From Octopus sinensis (taxonomy: Eukaryota): a stretch of DNA of 64,000 nt. Where the stretch lies: positions 50,344,001 to 50,408,000 of the forward strand of contig NC_043009.1 of assembly GCF_006345805.1 (NCBI RefSeq). The letters run 5' to 3'. The notes beneath the pieces are model-generated. The model made no database searches. It was given only the letters and a program-made list of their open reading frames with translations, and was not told the origin of the DNA. The translations under genes were made by a program, and so were the position numbers. This document shows positions 54,135-64,000 of this stretch, piece after piece. Position 1 is the stretch's first letter. Each line of letters begins with the position of its first letter.

Positions 54135-54340
54135 TAAACAGTAAAAATAATTACAGACATGGACAAGAACATGAAACACCACAGAGACGACACAAGAACC
54201 ACAGGACGGGACATTCGAAGCCCTCAGTCATCAGTCAAGAACCAGATCATCTTAGCAATTTCGGCTGATTAATCTTGAGATTGCTCCGATATGGGCAGCC
54301 CGCCAAGGGAAATCTAAGCCAAGCGCATTAGATCCCCTGG
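54133..54340. mobile_element. Unclassified CpG-retaining insertion flanked by (TA)n
   Basis: Complex sequence, GC-richer than its flanks, bracketed by TA runs. Single copy in the window. Confidence 0.35.
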
Positions 54341-54699
54341 AATATATATATATACAATATGGCTAAATGGTTAAGAAGCTCACTTCTTAATTTCAAGATC
54401 CAGAGATTGATACTACAGCATGGCATCCTGTGGAAGTATCAATTATTCAGATCAAACCTGTATCTTGTGAGTGAAACTAGGCAGACAGAAATTGTGGGGA
54501 AGCCATTAGATAGATTGTACATGTAATTAAAAAAAAAAAAAAACAGCCTTGCAATCTACACAGAGCTACAGGTACAAACAGTGATGTATCATTTGCAGCA
54601 CTGTTACATACAATAATGTCATCATTTGTGGCTGAGCTTCAACCAGTAAAGATTGATGATATTTCTTACTATCAAATCACCTGCTAGCTCTGTGCTTTT

Positions 54700-55085
54700 G
54701 AATTCCTTTGGAACAAAAAATTCTTTACTTGAAAAACAGGTAAGGGTTGATGATAGGAAGTACATCAGTCGGTAAAAATCAATGCTTCAAATTTATTGCC
54801 TATTTCTTTACTACCCACAAGGGGCTAAACACAGAGAGGACAAACAAGGACAGACAGACGGATTAAGTCGATTATATCGACCCCCCAGTGCATAACTGGT
54901 ACTTAATTTATCGACCCCGAAAGGATGAAAGGCAAAGTCGACCTCGGCGGAATTTGAACTTAGAACGTAACGACAAACGAAATACTGATAAGCATTTCGC
55001 CCGGCGTGCTAACGCTTCTGCCAGCTCGCCGCTTCAAATTTATTACCGTCTAACCCATGCTAGCATGGAATAACAGTCATTAAAT
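54700..55085 (+). mobile_element. Old family D-related element interrupted by a family C SINE
   Basis: ggttgatgataggaagtacatcagtcggtaaaaatc before the insertion and accgtctaacccatgctagcatggaa...cattaaatga after it. Confidence 0.55.
54798..55030 (-). mobile_element. SINE family C, full length
   Basis: 14-bp TSD gcttcaaatttatt at 54784-54797 and 55031-55044. tRNA-like head ggcgagctggcagaagcgttagcacgccgggcgaaatgc. Confidence 0.93.
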
Positions 55086-55454
55086 GAAACAAATGGTGCT
55101 CCAGCTAACTCTTATCTAACCCATGCAAGCATGATAAAGTAGACGTTAAACCAACTATGTTTCTGCCAATGATGATCCTGATGATACACACACATTAAAG
55201 TTTAACTTTACAAATGTATAACTTAAAACACGTTCACATGCTTTAATAATCTGAGTGCTTCAGAAGCACATGCAACTAAAATGAATTACAATGCTGATAA
55301 ACAAATTTTAATTCTTCATTGTAAATGAAATGAAGTCAATCTTACCAACCAATTAAGACCTGCAGTATTTTGAAATACCTAGAGAAGCATGATACAGATT
55401 CTGCTAAATTAAACTGGTATAACAATGCATTTCCTCAAGGGGTACTTTACTCAC

Positions 55455-55503
55455 GTAGTTAGAAAAGCAAGCATCTAATCTCTGGGCATTTTCCCAGTCA
55501 AAA
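55455..55503 (-). CDS. Candidate 49-nt exon
   Basis: ttgattattcag|T TTT GAC TGG...AAC TAC|gtgagt. The only open frame reads FDWENAQRLDACFSNY. Confidence 0.35.
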
Positions 55504-56128
55504 CTGAATAATCAATATTAATTTTGATGATGTGTCTGTACAGGTATAAATATATGAGATAAAGAGATAAACACATATACATACACACACAAGACATCTA
55601 CAAAGTTACCTACGTATCTTGTATTTAGGACCTAATTGTTTGCATTTAGAAGTTAGTTAAAAGCTAGTGAGGATTTAACAGCTGGTAAAGCAGTAAATCA
55701 TGGGAATAAATAAAACAAAACAATTAAAAAAAACATAGTACATGTAACCAAACCATACTCATTCATAGGTGATGGCATCCCACATAAAGGAGCAATACTC
55801 CATTGTGAGTCCCACCAGCTTTGTAGAGAGCTAGTGGCTATTGGATGCATTTTCTGTCTCTGAAGATAACATTCAATCTTTGAGATACATTCTTTACTAG
55901 CTTGAAGATCTGCATTTATTGGGAGAGATCTTCAATGATGGTGAAATCTTGCATTTGGCATAATTGTGAGGCTTCTAGTTGCATTCTGTTCATATTTAGT
56001 GGAACAAGGCATGGGAAAGTTTTCTTGATACAAGCCATGATTGTTTCTTTTTTACTATAGAAGGCTACCAGTCATCACAAAGGTACTTCCTCAAGAAATG
56101 CACTCCAAAGCTTACACCAAAGCTCTTT

Positions 56129-56490
56129 GTGTCCTACTTTTTCTCTCCCCACCCCCTCTCTCTGCAGGATATATCCTGGTCTTTGGAAACATGCTACAAT
56201 GTGCTATTCCCAATAAGTAAAATCACTAGCTATGAACTCTCATCCTACCATACTCTCTTACAACTATCAACAATACAATTTTCCAATACCTTCAACCTCT
56301 CTCTCCTTTATTACTACTTGTACAACTTTCATAATGCTAGATCTACAAGTGATCTACTCTCTTGTGTTATTTATCAATGAGCTCTTACCCTCAAGAAATC
56401 TTGTTATATACCTCAGTTCTTGCTCTGGCATGAAAATCTCCCCTTAAAACTGCATTTGACTTTATCCATCTCTTGGATACAAATTGTAGA
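56129..56490 (+). mobile_element. Decayed CR1/Jockey-group LINE, C-terminal region after the RT
   Basis: SYFFSPHPLSLQDISWSLETC...FNLSLLYYYLYNFHNARSTSDLLSCV resembles FFSPSQLL..YKAQIRP.LEYC...VASLSLFYRY..G.CSSEL. Highly degraded. Confidence 0.5.
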
Positions 56491-57707
56491 ATATGTCTCC
56501 ATGTGCACTAAAAGTTCAAATCCTGTCTGTGACCAGCTTTGTATTTCATGCTTCTCAAGCCAAAAAAAATAAGTAGCAGTAACACATGGTGGTCAACTGA
56601 ATCAACAATAATCATGGTAAACATACTGCTCGAAAGATTAGCATGAAACAGAATTGCTTTAAAAAATATATTTCCATACAGAGCATGGACATAAATACAT
56701 AAGCATATGGTATTTAGATTCCCTACCACTTCCATATCTATATCTAAATTCAGTACAAAAATTGAAAAAATGTTGTATGTATACTCTCACTCACTAATAG
56801 AATCTGTCAGAATGAAATGAAATAGTCCATAACATAAGCTTCCGTCTCTTGAAAGTGCTTGGTTCATTAACTTTCCCAAGGGGCCCACATTAATCTTCAA
56901 AGTACATATTTGAAACCAAACTCCTGACAAGGCCCAGCTACTAGTTAAACTCTACTGACCAAACATTTTCTCTCAACTCTATATAAATTGCAGTTCTAAG
57001 ATTTTGGAAAAATTATAGTAGAAATTTTTAGTGTATTTATCCTTTGGTTTATCTATCAAATATTTACCAAGAACCATAATTGCATTTTTGAATTGTTTGA
57101 AGAAATTATTGCTAAAATAAATATTTGAAAGAAAAAAAAATACCGAGAAATGTTGTATGGATAATAAATAAAAATAGAATTCTAAAAAAAATAAGTGAAA
57201 ATTACAATCCCCATTTATCATCAAGTAAAAAATTCCTTTGAGGAATCACTTGCAAAGAACCTTAAATAATATAACATTTTTCTTCTTTCCCTATTTTCCC
57301 AAAATAAATTTATCACTATCCCATATTTTTGTTGAGTTTCGACCAGGAGATCATTTTCTACCTCTCAGGAAGAAGAGGGGCTTTGATGGTTCTAAGATCA
57401 ATTTTGCTAACCACAATTCTCTGAATGAATAAAATATAAAATAAAAGTTTTAAAAAATAGACAAAAAATATCTATTTGATACACAAGGGAGATTCCCTGA
57501 AAACTACAAAGGAACTTTACAGAAACCTGGTGATTAATCATTTTCAAGGTAAAAATAAAAAAATAAAAAAGTAAAAACGATAACAATACAACTATATACA
57601 CATAGGTATAGAGGAAAAAAAAGGTAAATTTGTCTTTATTTATCCAGTTCCGGTGAAGTGATAAGAAAAATAGAGTTCAATAATGTAACACAGTTGTTTT
57701 ACCTTTA

Positions 57708-57750
<43 letters not shown>

Positions 57751-59003
57751 GGCCCACATTTGTGCATGTTGCATGCGTGTGATGAAGAAAAACAAAAAAA
57801 TAAATCAGAAACAATCAGTGAACATAGAGTTGGGGTGGATGTTTCTCAAATACAAATACAAAAGTATCTTTATTTAGAACATGAAAAAAAAAATTGAAAA
57901 AAAAGAAGAAAAAAGGGAGAAAAAAATGGTAGAATATTCTTTGGAACTGAAGGCTGATAAGAGAAAGAAACTAATCAGAATCTTCTATCTCATAGATAGG
58001 CATACTGTGTGTGAATAGGTTATTTCAAAATAGACTGGATCAGTGTTGGGAAAAGAGAAGGTTGCAAAGAAAAAGACAAAATAAATATAAAAATGCATTT
58101 TAAAAAAATAAAATAAAATAAAATAAATTCTGATTCATAAATGAGTACAAATTGACAGTTTTATTGTTGTTGTTGTTGTTGCTTTGCTCTTTTATTCTGA
58201 TGCTATGTTTTGTCCTTGGGTATGAAGAAATAAATACAGAAAGACCTAGAGAATGGAATATAAAAAAGGAATACAGAAAGAGCGAGAAAACCTATTTAAT
58301 ACTTGTTGAAAGCCAATAACAACAATGAGGTTTAGAAAAACTATCAAGTGAAACAACACGCTTGGTTGGCAGGTAGAGCTTGGCTTATGCTCTGTAGAGT
58401 TTAGTGACATTGATTAAAAGGTTAGATGCTGTTGAAATAACAAACAGCACAAATAGTAATCTAATAAAGATATTTAATGGACAAGCTAGAAGTGGACAAT
58501 TTTAATTGAATTTCAATAATTGATAATGAAAATAATAACAATAATAACAACAATGGTGATGAGAATAATAGCAGAAAAAAATATGAATAAATTTCTTCAA
58601 CATTTTAGAGAGAAAATTCATGTAAAGATGGAAAAGTAAAAATTTGTATTTTAGGAAATTAAAGAAAAAAAAAGAAGATATATATTAAATAAATATATAT
58701 AATAATAGTAATAATCAAATTGAAAATGATGAAGAGAAGATTACCCCCTACCACCACTACCATCATTCCACTTACACACACACACACACAAAAGAGAAAA
58801 TTAGGAAGAAAAAGTAATTATGTTATCAACTGAGTTTTAACTGTGATGTTTGACAAAAAAAAAAAGGAGCTCGCAAATCATTGTAACTGAACCGAATCTG
58901 GAAAGGAGGGAGGAAGAAAAAGAATGGCACAGGGGATTCTCAGAGCTAAAAGTAAGCAGTTTCAATCCTAGTCAACTTGGAATTGCCTTCCTTTATTGCT
59001 TAA

Positions 59004-59635
59004 CACTTTAGCATTTAAACTGGCTGTATCTGACCCAAATATTTTACCTGTTTTCACTCAATTTGGCTATATGCGGCCTCTCACACCTACCCTTCAATGT
59101 TATTCTAAAAATAAACAACAGGAGTGGCTGTGTGGTAAGTAGCTTGCTAACCAACCACACGGTTCCAGGTTCAGTCCCACAGCGTGGCATCTTGGGTAAG
59201 TGTATTCTGCTATAGCCTCGGGCCGACCAAAGCCTTGTGAGTGGATTTGGTAGACGGAAACTGAAAGAAGCCTGTCGTATATATGTATATATATATGTAT
59301 GTATATGTGTGTATATGTTTGTCTGTGTTTGTCCCTCTAGCATTGCTTGACAACCAATGCTGGTGTGTTTACGTCCCTGTTACTTAGCGGTTCGGCAAAA
59401 GAGACCGATAGAATAAGTACTGAGCTTACAAAGAATAAGTCTCGGGGTCGATTTGCTCGACTAAAGGCGGTGCTCCAGCATGGCCACAGTCAAATGACTG
59501 AAACAAGTAAAAGAGAAAAGAGTAAGAGTAATCACATTATTGAAACCTCAATGCTACAAGATAATGCATGATATATTCAAAACAATGTGAATAAATAGGC
59601 ATTACATTTGATAGAGTAGTCTGAATGCTAAAGGG
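59004..59635. mobile_element. piggyBac-like MITE family 1 (about 220 bp without the nested SINE)
   Basis: TTAA at 59000-59003 and 59636-59639. TIRs cactttagcatttaaac and (reverse complement) ccctttagcattcagac. Confidence 0.8.
59119..59530 (+). mobile_element. SINE family A nested in the MITE
   Basis: Near-complete copy lacking about 4 nt at the 5' end. Confidence 0.92.
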
Positions 59636-59684
59636 TTAAAATCCAAGGTATGGTTATAGTTCAAATGTTTGCCAGATTTTACAG

Positions 59685-59752
59685 AAGGACTAAGGACAGC
59701 ATTTTAGCCTTAGATCCAACCTTAGCTTCTTGGCAACAACTTGAAAAGGAGT
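59685..59752 (+). CDS. Candidate 68-nt plus-strand exon
   Basis: ttttacag|A RTKDSILALDPTLASWQQLEKE T|gtgagt. Only one frame is open. Confidence 0.2.
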
Positions 59753-59979
59753 GTGAGTCTAAAGAGGGGTCTGCTCCCATCTAGTAAACTTGCTGAAAGG
59801 CGGGTGAAAATAGTGAATGTTATATAGCTGTATAATTTCAATCTTAAATTTTGTTTGTAATTTCCAAGCAAGGAGAAAGCACTTATACTGACCTATTTCA
59901 CCCAAATGTTTATTCCCCTTATTGGAGTAGGCATACATTCTATGCATTCTTTTTACTTGCTATAAACTCTACCAATACC

Positions 59980-60212
59980 TATTTCTTTACTACCCACAAG
60001 GGGCTATACACAGAGGAGATAAACAAGGACAGACATAGGTATTAAGTCGATTACATTGACCCCAGTGCGTAACTGGTACTTAATTTATCGACCCCGAAAG
60101 GATGAAAGGCAAAGTCGACCTCGGCGGAATTTGAACTCAGAACGTAGCGGCAGACGATATACTGCTAAGCATTTCGCCCGGCGTGCTAGCGATTGTGCCA
60201 GCTCACCACCCT
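59980..60212 (-). mobile_element. SINE family C, full length
   Basis: 10-bp TSD taccaatacc at 59970-59979 and 60213-60222. Confidence 0.92.
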
Positions 60213-60328
60213 TACCAATACCATTGTCCTGGTACCTTTCTAGTTCCTCATTCATCATCACTAGGTTGATGTAACATACTAACTCCACCTACTCCAAAAC
60301 AACAAAATGTGAACCCATTATCATTATT

Positions 60329-60846
60329 GAGAGAGCAATCTATGCCGTCAAAGTGATACTGTGGTACAGATAAATGAAGTCCAATATATCCATCATGACT
60401 ACCTGTCTGATAAGGATACACCAGGCGCATTCATCACAACCACATGTGTGCAACATTGTGATCTCTTATCGAGATAAATACTTTGCAGATGAGGCCCAGT
60501 TAGAATTTTATTCAGGTTGAGTAGCTCATACTGCTCAAAAGGTCTCTGAATAAGGTTTGTTTAAGGATGATGAATGAAATACCTGTGTTTTCAGGGGTGA
60601 ATTGTTCAAATCCCAAAGAATTCCTCTCAACACATGCTCCCTCACTACTCCTGCTCATGATTAGAGATATACATATTATTAGCCACTAAGGGACAGGCTC
60701 AAATGGTTAACATCAAGCAACTGACAAGTATATATGTGTACCAAGTAGAATATTTGCTGTAGCCCATCTTTTATACCAAGACAAAACATGTACATGATAA
60801 CAAATCCAATCAGTTAAGATCAGAAGCCACGAGAGCTACTGCCTGG
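60329..60846 (-). mobile_element. Family E, older second copy
   Basis: Collinear with 52573-53122. The left flank is degenerate (ATT). Confidence 0.85.
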
Positions 60847-61022
60847 AGGTCAGTTATTCTGACCTCACTATTCTGTCGGTTTCTATAACAATGTTGGACA
60901 AAATACTCAATGGTATTTAGCTGGGTCCTTTTAATGTTCAGAGTTCAAATCTCACCAGACTCAATTTTGCCTTTCACATACCTCTGTCAAAGATAATAGA
61001 ATAAGTACTAGGATTGATTTAA

Positions 61023-61657
61023 CCCTTTTGATAATAACCCATCTAAGGTTGCCTCTGGTTCTATGATAGAAACTTTCTGTTTTAAAATTATCTAAATTAA
61101 AAACCTTCCATCAAAATCTTATGTTTATTTATGTTTCAAACACCAGCTTGACAATAACACAGTTATTTTACTAAATTCTTTGCTTGGTGCCCCAGCATGG
61201 CCGCGGCCTTCGGGCTAAAACATTTTTAAGGATTTTAAGGATTTTCAAATAAATTGGAATAAAGGTAGTTTATCTGTATCTACCCATCTTTCCATCTATT
61301 TCACTATCTGCTATTCTTAAGGGGGTTGTGCTCCATGGATCCTATCGAAATCAACCATGATTACACTTTCTTGATGTACTCCCAAATGTGACCAAAACTC
61401 TAGATATCATCCAACCATCACATTCTTGGTTTACTGCTAGCTCACCTGCCAGTTAGCCTAGCTGGCAGTGTTTGTCTTGTGATCCTTTCCAGTTACATTC
61501 TAATCACATGATTGTTGTACAACCTGTAACCTCTCAATGTGGAGAAGTAATGGCTCAATCTGGAGAGATTTCCCAATCTCTGAGCTATACACACTGTCAG
61601 GAAAGATTACTCCAGAGGGTGTGATGATATTTTAACAGAAATACAGTAAAACAAGGG
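61023..61657. mobile_element. piggyBac-like MITE family 2, split by later insertions
   Basis: ttaa+cccttttg at the left and caaggg+ttaa at the right. A SINE tail and about 350 bp of other sequence lie inside. Confidence 0.5.
61186..61245 (+). mobile_element. Short SINE 3' tail, family-A-related with a different terminus
   Basis: ggtgccccagcatggccgcggccttcgggctaaaacatttttaaggattttaaggatttt. Confidence 0.6.
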
Positions 61658-61710
61658 TTAATCAACTGCTTCTACTCCTATAAGACCTTGTGTCTGTATC
61701 AGAAATTTCA

Positions 61711-61990
61711 TGTGAGTGGATTTGGTAGATGGAAACTGAAAGAAGCCCGTCGTATATATGTATATATATGTGTGTGTTTGTGTGTGTTTGTGTGTCTCTG
61801 TTTGTCCTCCCAACATCGCTTGAAACCGATGCTGGTGTGTTTACGTCCCCGTAACTTAGCGGTTCGGCAAAAGAGACCGATAGAATAAGTACTGTGCTTC
61901 CAAAGAATAAGTCCTGGGGTCGATTTGCTCGACTAAAGGCGGTGCTCCAGCATGGCCACAGTCAAATGACTGAAACAAGTAAAAAGAGTA
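61711..61990 (+). mobile_element. SINE family A, 5'-truncated
   Basis: Begins at tgtgagtggatttggtag and runs to the tail. Confidence 0.9.
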
Positions 61991-62727
61991 TCCTCATCAT
62001 TTTTGTTCCATTTTCACCTATTCAGATGTGCTTCTAAAACTTAGATGTTTTTGTTTTTTCACAGAAAAAATTTTCAGAAACACATTAGGCATCTCCCCAC
62101 AGTGAAAAAACCAAAAAAAAAAACCAAAAAAAAACCCCAAAAAAGACCAGAAGGTCTGTTAGTATTGGATAGAATTTGAAAATCATTTCATTTTCATTAC
62201 ATTTAGCTGAAGATGGGTTTCCTATCAGATTTCCTAGTTCAAATCCAGTCTAGTACTATCTACACATTATGGAATAAGACATTTGATGAAATTGTGAATA
62301 TATAAAAAAAAAAACGTCTTTCATCTCTGAAAATGAGGTTAATAGCATGAAAAAGAAACCAAAAAAAAAAAAAAAAGAAAAGCAATTAAACTAGTATAAA
62401 CAATAACTTATCTCAAACATTTAGATATTTAATTAATCCGAGCAGGATTTGAACTCAAATGACAGAAGGAGGAAAATTAAATATTATAGAACAGTCTTTT
62501 GTTTCTGTTTCTGCCAACTTGATGGACTAAAAGATAAATAAATGTGCCACAATAGAAAGATGCAGCAGTAGAAAGTATAGCAGCAGCAGCAGGTGCAGCA
62601 GTAGGTACAGCAGTGATCAGTGGAAGACAACACCAGATGAATACAGTGTAAGAAACACATTAAAAGATATAATTCTCATAGAAATAATAACAGTCATTTC
62701 TTGTATAGGTGTCTGATTTATAGATAA

Positions 62728-63109
62728 CTAGCAGTATCGCCCGGCGTTGCTCAGGTTTGTAAGGGAAATAACTATAAAGCATTTTTAGAGAGTTATAGCC
62801 AAAAAATAGCAAAAAAATGGAAAAAAAATTATGGTAAATTTTTTGAGAGTTAAAAAAGGTGGAGTTGCGTCCCCTAGACGGTCTGTGGTTTGGGTTTCTG
62901 ATTCTCGACCCCATGTCGAATTTATCGATTTTTTTCAGAACTGGGGGAACTTTTCAAAATTTTCGCTGCGTTAGTTTTGAATTATGACATTGGGCTATGT
63001 GTGTGTCAAGTTTCATCAGAATCGGTTGAAAGCCGTGGTCAGAGTGAGGGTACGAGAAAACAGACACACAGAAAACGCACAGACAAACTGCCGTTTATAT
63101 AGAGAGAGA
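62728..63109 (-). mobile_element. Non-autonomous Helitron (382 bp)
   Basis: The minus strand starts 5'-TC and ends CTAG-3', inserted between host A and T with no TSD. A GC-rich imperfect palindrome cctgagcaacgccggg sits 8 nt before the CTAG. Internal aagtttcatcagaatcgg and acagac-like repeats resemble small Lep1-type Helitrons. Confidence 0.8.
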
Positions 63110-63223
63110 TAAAGGGAGAAAATGAGATAATGCGTTTCCAAAAGGTTTACTTTAAGTACAACCACCACCACCACCACCACCACCACTAATAATAATAATA
63201 ATAGTTTCTTTTATTAGCCACAT

Positions 63224-63644
63224 AGGCGCAGGAGTGACTGTGTGGTAAGTAGCTTGCTAACCAACCACATGGTTCCGGGTTCAGTCCCACTGCGTGGCAT
63301 CTTGGGCAAGTGACTTCTGCTATAGCCCCGGGCCGACCAATGCCTTGTGAGTGGATTTGGTAGACAGAAACTGAAAAGAAGCCCGTCGTATATATGTATA
63401 TATATATATATATATGTGTGTATGTGTGTGAGTTTGTGTGTCTGTGTTTGTCCCCCTAGCATTGCTTGACAACCGATGCTGGTGTGTTTACGTCCCCGTA
63501 ACTTAGCAGTTTGGCAAAAGAGACCGATAGAATAAGTACTGGGCTTACAAAGAATAAGTCCCGGGGTCGATTTGCTCGACTAAAGGCGGTGCTCCAGCAT
63601 GGCCGCAGTCAAATGACTGAAACAAGTAAAAGAGTAAAAGAGTA
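63224..63644 (+). mobile_element. SINE family A, full length
   Basis: Complete head, internal microsatellite and tail. Confidence 0.93.
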
Positions 63645-63779
63645 TAGGTATAGATGAGGGGGACATCAGAAGGGCAGGAAACAATTTATGTGGGGGTTTA
63701 CATAAAGGTTAGGGAGAAAGAAATGGAAAAGACAAGTGAAATGTGATAAAAGTATGCATAGTATACAAAGTATGTGATA

Positions 63780-64000
63780 CGGTGGCACGTAAAAAGCACC
63801 ATCCAATCGTGGCCGTTTGCCAGCCTCGTCTGGCACCTGCGCCGGTGGCATGTAAAAAGCACCCACTACACTCATGGAGTGGTTGGCGTTAGGAAGGGAA
63901 TCCAGCGATAGAAACATTGCCAGATCAGACTGGGCCTGGTGCGGCCTTCTGGCTTCCCAGACCCCAGTTGCACCGTCCAACCCATGCCAGCATGGAAAGC
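63780..64000 (+). mobile_element. Family D element, cut by the window end
   Basis: ggttggcgttaggaaggg...gtccaacccatgccagcatggaaagc. Confidence 0.88.

Noticed and set aside
54200-54290. Possible hammerhead ribozyme (ctgatga on the minus strand; gcaatc...gaaattgc stem)
   Set aside because: The CUGAUGA and GAAA motifs belong to different hairpins, and neither assembles into a complete core.
57383-57432. Plus-strand terminal-exon candidate region (KKRGFDGSKINFANHNSLNE*)
   Set aside because: It is phase-compatible with 48279-48318, but so are two other candidates, which shows how weak phase matching is as evidence here.

Overview
Eukaryotic, AT-rich, microsatellite- and transposon-rich DNA. The SINE repertoire points to a coleoid cephalopod, most likely Octopus; this is pattern recognition, not a database search. 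I found no prokaryotic operon, CRISPR array, rRNA, true tRNA or long intact CDS. Most ORF-track entries are translations of microsatellites or SINEs. The window holds at least six interspersed SINE-like families, labelled here A-G as working names. It also holds decayed LINE remnants of four clades (R4/Dong, Tx1/L1, RTE, CR1-group) and non-autonomous DNA elements of three superfamilies (Helitron, hAT with an 8-bp TSD, piggyBac-like TTAA MITEs). Several minisatellites and a few weakly supported small exons, best on the minus strand, suggest the window may be mostly intron. The most interesting signal is a retrotransposon partner system visible in the sequence. A Tx1/L1-like LINE 3' end shares its tail with SINE family C, and an RTE LINE 3' end shares its tail with family D. 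A (TAA)n-associated ~550-bp element co-occurs with an R4/Dong remnant. Family A both carries and appears to target TA microsatellites. Boundaries of old elements are approximate, and all alignments were made by eye.
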